From positions 2,418,001-2,482,000 of the forward strand of contig MCFH01000001.1 in the NCBI GenBank assembly GCA_002104945.1: DNA of 64,000 nucleotides, given 5' to 3'. Below, one piece after another: positions 45,408 to 58,147 of the stretch. A model generated the notes under the pieces. The model did not search any database. It was not told where the DNA came from and was given only the letters and a program-made list of their open reading frames with translations. Origin of the DNA: Piromyces finnis finn. Lineage: Eukaryota > Fungi > Neocallimastigomycota. The stretch's first letter is position 1. Each line of letters opens with the position of its first letter. The translations under genes and the position numbers were made by a program.

Positions 45408-45913
45408 TTTTTTTTTTTTTTTTTAGGTATTCCATATATCCTCAACTAACCCCCTGAGTATATGATTAGTAATTGAATATTATTATACATTGTCATATCA
45501 GTACGACGTTGGCACAATCACCCCTCTAGGCACGGCTAATATGGAATAGTTTCTTGCTCTTAATGGACCTATTTCTCAAGACTGAACTACTAACACCAGC
45601 GATTTCCTTGAACCTTTAAGGGAGGGATGATTAACGATGAGAACAATTCTCGAGACCATAATTAGTAATCATGCGAATTTGTAATTCCGTTTACTACGAG
45701 AAAAAATACCATTCTGAATTATTACTTAGGGTAGAGTCCGGTGGTATAATTATACTTACCTGAATTGACCTTTAACTCAAAACCAGAGACAGGGAAAATC
45801 GCTAAAGAACTGCTAATAGTGAGAGAGATAAAAATTGGTACGACTTCATTCTGCATGTGAGATGTTATACACTCCTTAGAGAATTCCGACTTCCATGGCA
45901 ATCGTCCTGAAGG
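45408..45913 (-). mobile_element. Non-coding poly(A)-tailed retroposon (SINE-like, element E2)
   Basis: T17 run 45408-45424 next to a GC-richer body; flanking direct repeat TTCATTAG (45400-45407 and 45914-45921, extendable to AAGnTTCATTAG). Shares motifs with E1. Confidence 0.7.
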
Positions 45914-47134
45914 TTCATTAGAAAACATGAAAATTTATATATATTAAACGTTTATGAAAAAAAAAAAATTCTTGTATGAAAATACATAATGATCAATTAT
46001 ATTAAATATTTTAAATTATATAATTAAAGGGTAATTTAAAATTAAATAATACATTTATTATACTGACTGTTACCTTGAATTCTAAAATGAAAATGGAATT
46101 ATAAAAAAATGTATTGTCCATCCTTGTAGATACAAAAACATTTTATTAAATAATTATAGCAATACTAACTGATTTTGATGCTTTATCTATGTCATATAAT
46201 TATTATAATTTTATTTATTATTTGTTGTTATTGGGGTAATGTTATAATTCAAGAAAAAAAAGTAAATATTTGAGTATTTGATGTAATATATACATATAGA
46301 TAAATATAGTTTTCTAAACTATTCAATAAAAATGAAATTTCTAAACTGGAAACTCAATATAATACATCAGTTGGGTTAAAACCACTTAGTAATAATAGGA
46401 ATCAGTCCACTACATTTCTCTATGAACCAATAACTAAAAAAATTATTAAATTTTATGTTTCTATTTTTTAGAAAAAAACATAAAACTTTTTCTTGAAACT
46501 TTAAAATTTTTTTAATTATTTTTTTTTATTCTAAAAAATATAATAATGAATATATATAATCTTCATAGTAGGAAGCATGCTCCGCATCTTTTTTTTTTTT
46601 TTTTTTTTTTTTGGGGGGGGGGGGGTCAAAATCGACCCCTTTAAAAATGGAGCTTTCCTAAATCTTGTATAATTAGATCTTATTTAGGTTTTTCAATTGT
46701 GAGATTTGAAGTGGGTTTTTACAGCATAAATAGTTTGGAAAAGTGTGGCTGATGCCCAGAATAATAAAAATTAAATATATTATAAAACAAAAATTATAGG
46801 TAGTTTTTGAACAACACTCTATTAGTATCAATACTTTAAAATACAAGTCAATCAGGCCGGCATTCAAACAAAAGTAATAAGGATTTAAGAATTTCTAATA
46901 TTTTTCTTATATTTAATAAACTGTTAAAAAAATTTTTTTTATTTTCTATATGTAATAAATATTTATTCATTAATTTTATACTTTTACATGATTTATATAC
47001 ATAAAATTATAATTTTTTGTTTAATATTTTAGAATTATTTTTTTCTTTAATATTTAATAATTTTTTTATTATTTATTTATTTTTTAATAATTGCATTTCC
47101 TTTTTTTTTTTATAAAAAAAATTTAAAATATTCT

Positions 47135-49192
47135 TTATTTTGTTATTTTCATTTTCAAGTTACTTTCTTCTTTATACTCAATTTTAATATGATTTTCATA
47201 ATTTATAAATAAAGAAATAAATTCTGAATTAATCTCCATATCTCCTAAATCATTTTCGTTTAATGTCAAAAAATTGTCAATAAGGCTAACATTTTCCAAT
47301 AACAATTTTATCATATTAATATTTTGATTCCTAATACCTAATAAAAGAGGATACCGTCCTTCTTTATCCTTATCATTCCAATTTAGGTTCATTTTATTTT
47401 TATTTGAATAATTTAATAAAAGTTGAATCATTTTATCATTATTTTTCGAAAATGCGATATTTAATGGATTTTGACCTTCTTTATTTTTTTCTGTCAAATT
47501 TATCATTATATTATGATTATCAGCATAATCCATTAATAATTGAATCAAATCTATATTTGTATTTTTAAAAAAAGCTATTGTCATGGTACATTCTCCACTT
47601 GTACTTTTTTCATTTAGATTTAATAATATATTATGGCTTTCCGAATAGTTTAATAGAAGGCGCACCATTTCAATGTTTTCTTTATAACAGGCCCAAAATA
47701 ATGGATAAATCCCATCACTATTTTTCTCATTTATATTTAATTGTATATCATGTTTTTCAGCATAACTCATTAGGGTTTGAGCCATTTCAGTATTATTATT
47801 GAAAACAGTTAATAAAAGTGGATATTCCATTTCTTTATCTTTTTTATTCATTTCTAATCTAATATCGTGTTTCTCTGCGTAGTCAATAATAAATTTTAAT
47901 ATATCACTTTTATTAGTATTGTCTGTAGCCAACAATAATGGATAGAATTCCTCATTATTCTCATCATTTAATTTCAATATGATATTATGCTTATCAGCAT
48001 AATCTACTAAAAGAGTAATCATTTCCATATTAACATTATAAATAGCATATATTAATGGATAGTTTCCATCGTTATAATTTTTCATATTTAAATCCAAACC
48101 AACATTATGTTTATCAGCACTATTCATTAATTCCTTTAATAATTCGGTATTATTTTCTAAAGTAAGGAGTAATAAGTAAGAATTTTTGATATATTGCTCT
48201 TCTTCATTTTTCGACGATATTCCTATTTCTATGGAATAATCTAGTAAGAGCTGAACTAATTCAGTATTATCAACTTCCCATGCTATTAATAATGGATGCT
48301 TTCCATCACTATCTTTTTTAGTAATATTCCAATCTATTTTATTTGTGAGAACATATTCATATATGATACTGGCCATTTCATTATAATGTTTGTAACACAA
48401 AATTAATAGGGGATTATATCCATCTTTATTTTTTTCGTTCAATTCCAGCATAATACCATTTTTATTTGCATAGTCTAATAAAAGTTTAAGAATATCAATT
48501 TTATTCTTGTCAACAGCAAGTAATAATGGATACCATCCATCATGATAATCCATATCATTAATTGTTAATTTGATATTATTTTTATTAGCATATTCAATCA
48601 ATAATCTTAACACCTCTTCATTATAATTACGTGTAGTCCATAATAAAGGATACCACCCGTAATTATCTTTATCATTTAATGTAAGGGTTGTATTATTTTT
48701 TGAGGCATAATTTAATAATAATTTTGTTATTGCTGTATTATTATTACAGGTAGACCAAAGAAGAGGATACTCACCTTTCATATTTTTTTCATTCATTTCT
48801 ACATTAATTTTGTTTTTTTTGGTATAATCTAATAATAACTGTACAATTTCTAAATTATCTTTATAACTAGCATAAAGTAAAGGATACCATTTATCTTCTC
48901 CTTTATCATTAATATTTATTATGAATTGATTTTTAACTGCATAATCTATCAATATTTTTACCATTTTTGAACTATTTTTTATGACCGCTGCTAACAATAA
49001 ACTATTTTTTTTATCATTTTCGACATTTAAATTTAAAATAATACGAGATGAATTTGCATTTTGTATTATCGATTTAACTTTCTCTATATTATTATCATCA
49101 ATTGCTTCTATTAATTGATTATATTTTTCCCTATTCGAATCATTTACACTTTCTATAGCTTTGGTATTTTTTCTTCTTCCAAATAATCCCAT
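47135..49192 (-). CDS. Intronless ankyrin-repeat protein (685 aa)
   Basis: Many N.KN..G.YPLL.A repeats; N-terminus MGLFGRRK. Confidence 0.9.
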   Translation of the reverse strand: MGLFGRRKNTKAIESVNDSNREKYNQLIEAIDDNNIEKVKSIIQNANSSRIILNLNVENDKKNSLLLAAVIKNSSKMVKILIDYAVKNQFIININDKGEDKWYPLLYASYKDNLEIVQLLLDYTKKNKINVEMNEKNMKGEYPLLWSTCNNNTAITKLLLNYASKNNTTLTLNDKDNYGWYPLLWTTRNYNEEVLRLLIEYANKNNIKLTINDMDYHDGWYPLLLAVDKNKIDILKLLLDYANKNGIMLELNEKNKDGYNPLLILCYKHYNEMASIIYEYVLTNKIDWNITKKDSDGKHPLLIAWEVDNTELVQLLLDYSIEIGISSKNEEEQYIKNSYLLLLTLENNTELLKELMNSADKHNVGLDLNMKNYNDGNYPLIYAIYNVNMEMITLLVDYADKHNIILKLNDENNEEFYPLLLATDNTNKSDILKFIIDYAEKHDIRLEMNKKDKEMEYPLLLTVFNNNTEMAQTLMSYAEKHDIQLNINEKNSDGIYPLFWACYKENIEMVRLLLNYSESHNILLNLNEKSTSGECTMTIAFFKNTNIDLIQLLMDYADNHNIMINLTEKNKEGQNPLNIAFSKNNDKMIQLLLNYSNKNKMNLNWNDKDKEGRYPLLLGIRNQNINMIKLLLENVSLIDNFLTLNENDLGDMEINSEFISLFINYENHIKIEYKEESNLKMKITK

Positions 49193-50676
49193 TTTATTTA
49201 CTTTTAAATTTAATCATTATAAAAAATAAAGCATTGTTTTTTACTAAGTATAATAATATATAAATGGAAAATAAAAAAAAAAAAAAAGCCCGGCGGGAAT
49301 TAATATTTTTTAAATTTTTTAATTAAATTTATCAAACTTTAAATAATATTAAAATAGACCCTGTTACTATTAATTAAATTTAACATTAAAAAAAAAAAAA
49401 AAAAGTAATTATACCTTTTACAAATTTTAAAAGTTTTTTAATTATTAAAAAATATTATAAAAAAAAGAAAAAGAAAATATTATTCACCCAAAGTACATTA
49501 AAGAAAGTTTTTAATAATATTATCTTATTAATAATTTTTAACAACTTAAAATATTGAAAGCAGAAAATTAATATCATCAATTAATATAATAACACAACGA
49601 AATAAATTCTTTTTAATAATTGAATAAGCTTTGGTTAATTTAGTTTATATGTCTCCTATATTAACATTAATAGATGATTTTGTTTTATATATATATATAT
49701 AAATTAATATAGTATATATAATAGCTATCTTTTTTAAAAAAAAAAAAAAACATAAATGTATTTTACATTCTTTCCTTAATTTTTTTTTTTTTTATTTTTG
49801 AGTGGAATTAAAAGAATAGTATATTTTGTTTTAAAAATATTTTAACAACATTGGTATACGAAAGAAATAATATAATTTAGATAAGTTAAGCTACCAATAT
49901 TAATAAAACAGAAAAATATTAAGACATTTCAGTATCTCCAACTATGAATTATTATTAATAAACCTTAAAAAAAAAAAGGAAATATATTTATAGAATTATT
50001 TAGTAATAATTAAAATTAAATATATATATATTATATATATTATTTGGTTTATAAGAATTAAAATAAAATTAAAAGAAGAAAATTAAAAAAAAAAAAAAAA
50101 GGAAATTCTATTTAATATTTAATATAATAATACTTAAAAAAGAACAAAAGTATTAATTTTTTCTTATACTTTAATAATTTAAATTATTATACTTATACTA
50201 CATATTATAAATAAGCTCTATTTTAACATGAAGAAAAAATAAAATAAAATAAAATATTTTTTATTTATAACCATATTTACATTTAAAATAAAGAAAAAAA
50301 AGGTCATATATAATAAAAAAAAATCAATATATTATATTTCTTCTTATTTTTTCTTGCCATTGATGAATCGACATAACAAGAAAAATACTACTTTATAATA
50401 TGAATTAATTGAAAGTTTTATTGTTATAAACTTTTAACCCATTGAAATTGGAAAATTTGTAATGGGTTAAAATTTTTTTTATTATGCTAAGACAATAATA
50501 AAAAGTTTCCCAAATTTTTATAACGGTTATTTCTTCTAACGGCTTATTCTATCACTAAAAAATCACTAAAATGTCCAATACTAGAATTGTATGGATTTTA
50601 CATTTATATTATATTTTACATTACAATCTTTACATTCATTTACATTGTAGAAAAAATAATATAATAAATTAGTTTG

Positions 50677-50708
<32 letters not shown>

Positions 50709-50866
50709 GTAATAATAATCTATTTATCAGTTTATAATATCATAATAGTTTATAATATATTTTTATTTTTATATCTATTCAAGAAGACATACATATTCCT
50801 TTTTTTTATTTTTTGTTAAAACTGATTTATTTTCAATAATATAAACCATATATTAATTACTTGTTA

Positions 50867-50926
50867 TAAATAAATAAGTAAATAAATAAATAAACAAACA
50901 AACAAACAAATAAATAAACAAACAAA

Positions 50927-50989
<63 letters not shown>

Positions 50990-50991
50990 AT
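50867..50991. repeat. (AAAT)n/(AAAC)n compound microsatellite
   Basis: Tetranucleotide run about 430 bp left of the Copia LTR. Confidence 0.85.
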
Positions 50992-53349
50992 ATTAGCAGA
51001 TGCTTTTTTTCTATATGCATAATATTATAAATACAAAATTTATTTACTATTTATAAAATATATATTAATAAAGAAACATTAATTATTTGTTTTACATTTA
51101 ACCGTCATACAATACTCTTTCTAAACCAGATTATTGTTTTATTTTCTGTTAATTACTTTTAATTACCGTTGACTAGCAAGAAAGAATTTTCTTTTTCTAG
51201 TCATGCTTTTTCTTCTTTCAATATATTAATATAATATATATTATAGAGTTGTACTAATTCTACTATTAATATACCAACAGTAATCTTTTGTATATAATAT
51301 TGAAGTTATAAAAATAGATAAAAAATGTACCAATTTGTCAATCAATAAAGTTTATAAAAATAAATAATAATATGAATAATATTATAAATAAATATTAAAA
51401 AAAAAAAATTAATAATAATGCTTATTGAAAGAATAGAATTTAGCTAGAACTTAAATTACTAAATAAAAATTTATATTACTAATATTAAACTTTAATTAAT
51501 AATAAAATTATAATGTAATTACTAATGTAATGTTTCTTAGAATAATCGTAACATATAGTATTACTAATTTACATTAGCCACATACTTTAGTATAAAAAGG
51601 AATTTGTAAATGTATTATTAAAATCTTTGTAATTACCTTTATTAAATTAAATTTAATAAACATAATAAATAAACTTTATTAAACCTAAATTTACTTTTCA
51701 GATTAAGAGTCTCAATGGCTACCGAATATATTCTTTCTAACCACGGACGTCCACTTAACGGTGACAATTTTAGTGCTTGGAAATTAAGAATTACCAGCAT
51801 CCTCACCGCTTTAAATCTCAAGAATTATTTAGACCAAAATATTACTACTAATGAAATTCAAGATCCAGGTGAAATCCTAAGAATACAAAAGGAAAATGCA
51901 GCTGCTGTATCTATTATACTTAACAATATTGAAGATAAAATCTACCCGCTGATAACCGATACTGATACTGCCCACGAACTTATGGAAAACTTAAAAATCC
52001 TCTTTGAGCAAGACGAAGATGTAACTTTACAAGAATGGATGAACAAATTAAGAGATATGAAGGTCAAAAATCACAAAGAAATACTTAGCGTAACTAGTAA
52101 AATGATGTCCATATTTAAACAAATGGAGAAGAAAAAGTTACCAATTACTGAACAAGAAAAAATAGATTATCTCTTAGGATGTATGCCAAAGGAACTAAAA
52201 ATCATTTTCATTTCTGGAACCACAACTACTGCAAATGACCTTTATGAAGATATTAAAAATAAATACAAATTACTCTACCATATAGGAAAAAATAAAGAAA
52301 TTAGAAATACAAGAAGCTATGATGAAGATATGATGGACATTGACTTAGTTAACAATATAATGAAATTTAACAAGGGCAACAACAATAACTCTAGAATAAG
52401 CAAATACTGTCATATATGCAATATGAAAAATCATAATACTAGTGAATGCGGTTATAACACAAAAAACAAGAATAGATACAACAAATACAACAATAACAGC
52501 AACAACAACAGAAGGAAACTATATCAAAATAACAAAAGAAATTATAATAGAAACAACATCAATTATTTAAACAAGAAAGAAATGGATGAAATTTTATCAA
52601 ATGATGGACTTGCCTATATTAATAACATCAATAATAAAGAAAATAATGAGAAATCTTCGAACTCTACTACCTGGATATATGACACAGGTGCTTCTGAACA
52701 CATAACTTGTAATGTTGAACACTGAAAGAATAGATTAGGATATCTATTCTATTACAATAACACAAAAATTTGAAAAAATAAAATAAAAAATTGTTTTATA
52801 AAATATCTTTTATTATAATAAAATTTTAATAATAACAATTACATCGATAAAATGATGAAAAATATCTTCTATTTATATTTTTCCTAAATACATTTATATT
52901 ATATTATAACTATTTATTTCTTATATATTATTATTTAAAATCTACACTAAAATCTTAATTATTAATAAATATTTAAACTATAACTATTTTTAGTAAAATA
53001 CAATTGGCAATTCAAATTAAGTACTATTCAATTTGAATATGTGCCCATGTATTATTGATATATTAATCATTTATTATTTATTTATTTCTATGAAAAAACA
53101 ATACTAAAACTAGGGATTTAAATTGAGAATATTAATTTACTTGTTAAACATTAAAAATAAATTAATAATTTATTTTGTTTTAAACTTTAATTATTAATAA
53201 ATAAATTATGTCTCATTTTCTTTTTCTGAATATAATTTGTGTAACTTAAACAATAATACTTGTGGCTTAAGTTACATTAAAGATATCAAACAGAGGCGTT
53301 TGATATCTTTACAATCTCTCTCTCTAAGTCGAGCTCCTGCGAGATTAAT

Positions 53350-56300
53350 TTATAAGGAATCTTTTCTCGAAGGAATTTCAATTACAAATGGTTGGTATCT
53401 ATGCTTGATTAGATTACCAACTTTATTCTTTCTAATTTTCATGGAGGAGTCGTTCGACTTATATTTTGACTTTTTAGAGTTTCTTTCAAACTCTTGTATT
53501 AATTGTTTATCTGGAATCTGATCTTCAGAAATCCAAGTGGATTTGTCAAATCCTTTCCATGATAACTTATAAAATGTTTCACCATTAACGGATTTCATCT
53601 TTTCAATTTTCTCTGGAATTTTTTCAATTAAATCTGTGTTAAGGTGAATGTTCCTCTTCCTACGATTAGACCTGTCGTTAAACATGTTTTCAAAGTATGG
53701 TTCTAACAATGAAACATGAAAGACTGGATGACATCTCATTGTCTTTGGAAGTTTCAATTTGAAAGCGAGAGAACTAACTTTTTCAATTATCTCAAATGGA
53801 CCAAGCATTTGAGGTGCTAATTTTCTCTTTAGGTTAGTTCCAGGAGAATCTTTCAATAACCATACCTTCTTTCCCACTTCGAACTCCGGGGGAATCATTC
53901 TCTTCATATCGGCATATTTCTTATATGTTTCTTTTGCTTTTTCTAAGTTTTCTTTTAATAATTTAAAGTTTTCATTCATATCAATTACTCTTTGTTCAGC
54001 TCTACTAGGTCTATCATTAGCTGGAATTTCTAAGCTGAACTTTGGATGAAAACCATAATTAGCAAAGAATGGGGATTGATTTATAGATTGTTGTAAAGTA
54101 TTATTATATGCAAATTCAGCAAATGGGATAAGATCAACCCAGTTATTCTGCTTTTTATTTATAAAACAACGGAAATATTGTTCTAATATGCCGTTCACCC
54201 TCTCCGTTTGACCATCTGTCTGCGGATGGTTGGCAGTCGATAATGAATGATTGATATTAAGAAGGTCACAAAGTCTTGACCAAAAGTCAGAAGTAAATTG
54301 CGAGCCTCTATCAGAAATGATGGAATCAGGAAGACCATGCAAACGGAAGACATTAGCAATAAAAGCATCAGCAGCAATCGAAGCAGTAGGAAGACAACGT
54401 AAAGGAATGGCGTGAGCAAATTTAGTAAATCTATCGACAACAACCATGAGAGTTGTCATATCTCTGGACTTAGGAAGATCAACAATAAAATCAATAGAAA
54501 TATCAGACCAGGGCCTACTGGGAGTGCCCAAGGGGGATAATAATCCATAAGGCTTATGTCTGGGGACTTTGGATTTGCAACAAGTCACGCAAGATTTGAT
54601 AAAAGATTTAACGTCTGAATGAAACCTTGGCCACCAAAAGTTTCTGGAAATCAGTTCAGTGGTTTTCTTAATACCGAAATGACCAGCAGCAACAGAATCA
54701 TGATGAAGTTCCAAAACTCTTGTCCTAAGAGATTTAGGAACATAAATAAGATTATTATATAACAAAAATCCTTCATTATCAATAATAACTTTATCAATAT
54801 TTTTAATAGGTGCATTACATGCAGAACCATTCATTTTAAATTGGACAATAGAATTATACAAATCGTCATTTTTAAGTTCTAATAAAATAGAATCGATTAA
54901 CGGTTTGTTATCGCTATGATGAAACGAAATAGTAAGACAAGAAACATCAGAATTAATATTATTCTCTAAATGGTCACTTCTACGAGACAGGATATCAGGC
55001 TTACCGGATTTCTTTCCAGCTCTATAAATGAGTTTAAAATCAAATCTGGATAAGAACAAATTCCATCTAATTTGTCTCTGAGATAACATTTCAGGTTTTC
55101 TAGGAAATGTTAAATTCTTGTGATCAGTATAAATTATGAACGGATGACGTGCACCTTCTAAATAATGACGCCATTCTTCAAGAGCAACTACAATAGCTAA
55201 AAGTTCCTTGTCATATATAGGATAGTTTCTTTGACAACTCGTCAAACTTTTAGAAAGAAATGCAATAGGATGTAATTTGCCATCAAATTCTTGAGAGAGA
55301 ATAGCACCGACAGCATAATTACTAGCATCAGTTTCTACAATAAATTGATTATTACTATCCGCATGTTTCAGAATAGGAGCTGACGTGAACAGAGATTTTA
55401 ATAAAATAAAAGCGTCCTGATCTTCTTTCACCCAGTTAAAAGCAACATTCTTTCTAGTGAGTTTGTGAAGAGGGTTTGCAATTTTAGCAAAGTCTTTAAT
55501 AAAAATTCTGTAATAGTTGCATAAACCAATAAAAGACTGAACCTCTTTAACATTCTTGGGAACCGGCCAATCGAGAATTGCTTTAACTTTATTTTCATCC
55601 ATTTGCAATCCATCCTTTGAAATGACATAACCAAGAAAAGTGGTTTTCTCAACATCAAACTCACATTTTTCTAATTTAACATAAAGATTATTTTCAAGTA
55701 GTTTCTTAAGTACCTTTTTAACATGCACATGATGTTCTTCGATATTATTAGAATAAATAAGAATATCATCAATATATGAGATAACAAAATCGTCTAAATA
55801 GTCACTAAGGACATCGTTAATGAAGTGTTGAAAAGTTGCAGGTGCATTCTTTAATCCAAAAGGCATAACCAGATATTCAAAATGTCCATATCTAGTACGA
55901 AAAGCCGTTTTGTATTCGTCACCTTCTTTAATACGAACAAGATTATAAGCGGATTTAAGGTCTAATTTAGTAAAAATCTTAGCATTTTTCACCCTATCCA
56001 AAAGGTCACTAATTAAAGGTAAAGGATATGAATTACGAATGGTAATATCATTCAACTTTCTATAATCGATACAAAGTCTTAGGGAGCCATCCTTCTTTTT
56101 AACAAATAAAATTGGGGCACCAGCAGGAGACGATGATTTCCTAATAAAACCTTTATTTAAATTATCATCAATATATTTTTTAAGTTCCTCTCTTTCAACT
56201 TCAGTTAATGGATACAAAGGTCCATAAAATAAAGTCGAATCATCTTTAAGTTTGATTTCACAATCATAAGGTCTATGAGGAGGTAACACTTCACAATTTT

Positions 56301-57900
56301 TTTCATTAAACACTTCACTAAATTCTAAATATTGGGTTGGTACGGCGACCAATTTATCTTTATTAATATCTTTTCCATTATTATTATTATTACTACATGA
56401 TTCATTATCATTATTACATGTTTCATTAATTTTTGTTACAATACATTTAACTTTTTTATTAAAACTAATATATTCATCATCGCTATCATCTTCATCATTG
56501 ATGGTTCTAACAAGGCGGCCTTTAACATATTCTTTTTCTTCATTGTTTGGGACAGAGGGATCTACTTTCGGCTTTTTGGTCAAGCTTCGGTCGAGAACAT
56601 CATGATCTAACTGATCATTCTTTGACTTCTTTCTTGGTTTTCTCTTTCTTTTGCCTTTATTACAATGTCTGGCACAATAACCAGAACTAAAAGCGATTTT
56701 CTTAGAGTCGTAGAAAGCATTTGGATTATGCTTCTTTATCCACGGCAAACCAAGAATAACATTAACACCGGGGACTTGTAATCCATAAAGTTGAATTACT
56801 TCGAAGTGATTTTTGCAACGGAGCATGCACTTCTCAGTCCTTTCCCAAACACTAACAACTCCATCACTAACACCAGATACACGGAATGGTTCCACTTTTT
56901 CCAAATTAATACCAAGTTCTTCAGCAAGACTTGGATTAATGAAATTTAATTCAGAACCGGAATCAATTAAAACCTTAATTTTAACTTCCGAAACTTCATT
57001 GGTACTCAAGTAAAAGTCCACAAGGTTTAAATCACTTTTCACTCCCTTGACTCCAACTTTGTAAATTTTTGGATTAACAATTTTTGGAGTCCTTTCTTTA
57101 ACAATTCTTAACACTTTTCTGGGCTTTACTCTATTAGGACAATTAAATTTTAAATGTCCCGGTTGTTTACAAAGAAAACATAACCCTTTTTTCTTTTCTT
57201 CTTCAAAGTTATCTATGTTTTCATTGTAATTTTTACTTGATCCTTGAATATTCACATACCTTTTTCGTTTATTCTCTCTACTAATTTTAAATACATCCAC
57301 ATCCATAGGATCATTAGCCCTTCTACCATTAAAATAAAATTCACTTAAAGAATTCCTTTTCATCATATCTTCAACTAAAATAGTTGAAGAAATCAATTGT
57401 TCAATTGAAGTTGGGTTTGATTCAATGAAAGCCAACTTCTCCCTAAGTGGTGGTAATAAACCTTTCAGAAACATGTAGATTTTTGCGCTATCATTAAAGC
57501 TTGAATTTTGGCTAATACGTTGAAACTCGGTAATGTAATCTAATACCTGACCAAGTTTCCTTTGGCGAAGATTATCTAATTTTCCGTTAGCTACAACGGT
57601 ATCGTATCTATAACTGCCAAAATTAGCCTTCAACCTATCTACAAATTCATCATAATGGTTTAAAACCCCACTATTATTCTTCATCAACACTGAAGCCCAT
57701 TCCAAAGGTTTACCAGAGAAGTATGATATAACGAAGTCGACCTTGACTCGATCTGTATTGTACAGTGTCGGTCGAGTACGAAATACCAACTCCACTCTAG
57801 TTAAAAATCCATCTAATTCACGTTGTTTACCAGAGAATATCGGTGGAGCATTAATAATGTTCCCCGAGTTCCCGGAAACACCCACATTCCTATCACCCAT
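53350..57900 (-). CDS. Gypsy Gag-Pol polyprotein with C-terminal chromodomain
   Basis: Uninterrupted ORF (first ATG at 57900): CFLCKQPGHLKFNC, LIDSGS, YIDDIL, ETDAS, HHCC integrase, FYKLSWKGFDKSTW chromodomain. Confidence 0.95.
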   Translation of the reverse strand: MGDRNVGVSGNSGNIINAPPIFSGKQRELDGFLTRVELVFRTRPTLYNTDRVKVDFVISYFSGKPLEWASVLMKNNSGVLNHYDEFVDRLKANFGSYRYDTVVANGKLDNLRQRKLGQVLDYITEFQRISQNSSFNDSAKIYMFLKGLLPPLREKLAFIESNPTSIEQLISSTILVEDMMKRNSLSEFYFNGRRANDPMDVDVFKISRENKRKRYVNIQGSSKNYNENIDNFEEEKKKGLCFLCKQPGHLKFNCPNRVKPRKVLRIVKERTPKIVNPKIYKVGVKGVKSDLNLVDFYLSTNEVSEVKIKVLIDSGSELNFINPSLAEELGINLEKVEPFRVSGVSDGVVSVWERTEKCMLRCKNHFEVIQLYGLQVPGVNVILGLPWIKKHNPNAFYDSKKIAFSSGYCARHCNKGKRKRKPRKKSKNDQLDHDVLDRSLTKKPKVDPSVPNNEEKEYVKGRLVRTINDEDDSDDEYISFNKKVKCIVTKINETCNNDNESCSNNNNNGKDINKDKLVAVPTQYLEFSEVFNEKNCEVLPPHRPYDCEIKLKDDSTLFYGPLYPLTEVEREELKKYIDDNLNKGFIRKSSSPAGAPILFVKKKDGSLRLCIDYRKLNDITIRNSYPLPLISDLLDRVKNAKIFTKLDLKSAYNLVRIKEGDEYKTAFRTRYGHFEYLVMPFGLKNAPATFQHFINDVLSDYLDDFVISYIDDILIYSNNIEEHHVHVKKVLKKLLENNLYVKLEKCEFDVEKTTFLGYVISKDGLQMDENKVKAILDWPVPKNVKEVQSFIGLCNYYRIFIKDFAKIANPLHKLTRKNVAFNWVKEDQDAFILLKSLFTSAPILKHADSNNQFIVETDASNYAVGAILSQEFDGKLHPIAFLSKSLTSCQRNYPIYDKELLAIVVALEEWRHYLEGARHPFIIYTDHKNLTFPRKPEMLSQRQIRWNLFLSRFDFKLIYRAGKKSGKPDILSRRSDHLENNINSDVSCLTISFHHSDNKPLIDSILLELKNDDLYNSIVQFKMNGSACNAPIKNIDKVIIDNEGFLLYNNLIYVPKSLRTRVLELHHDSVAAGHFGIKKTTELISRNFWWPRFHSDVKSFIKSCVTCCKSKVPRHKPYGLLSPLGTPSRPWSDISIDFIVDLPKSRDMTTLMVVVDRFTKFAHAIPLRCLPTASIAADAFIANVFRLHGLPDSIISDRGSQFTSDFWSRLCDLLNINHSLSTANHPQTDGQTERVNGILEQYFRCFINKKQNNWVDLIPFAEFAYNNTLQQSINQSPFFANYGFHPKFSLEIPANDRPSRAEQRVIDMNENFKLLKENLEKAKETYKKYADMKRMIPPEFEVGKKVWLLKDSPGTNLKRKLAPQMLGPFEIIEKVSSLAFKLKLPKTMRCHPVFHVSLLEPYFENMFNDRSNRRKRNIHLNTDLIEKIPEKIEKMKSVNGETFYKLSWKGFDKSTWISEDQIPDKQLIQEFERNSKKSKYKSNDSSMKIRKNKVGNLIKHRYQPFVIEIPSRKDSL

Positions 57901-58147
57901 TTCCAAATTCAAATTTTCAAATTCACTAATTAAACCCTCCAACTTACTAAAATAAATAAAATGTTTTCTTACTACTATTTCAAGTAAGTAATTTTTTTTT
58001 TTTTTTTTTTTTTAATTATTTATAAAAGATAATTTTAGTATATCTAACAATACAAAAGTTATTCAGACGCGTTCTGCAAAAAGCAGTGTCGAACAAGTTT
58101 TGTACTACTAATCAATCCTTAATGGTTATTCTTGGTCCTTTCTTCCC

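Noticed and set aside
45752-45900. U1 snRNA gene starting ATACTTACCTG
   Set aside because: No U1 stem-loop I (GAUCACGAAG) or recognisable Sm site follows; better read as a donor-like motif on the element strand.
46612-46642. G-run plus GGGGTCAAAATCGACCCC hairpin as a DNA-transposon terminus
   Set aside because: No matching opposite end or TSD found in the window.
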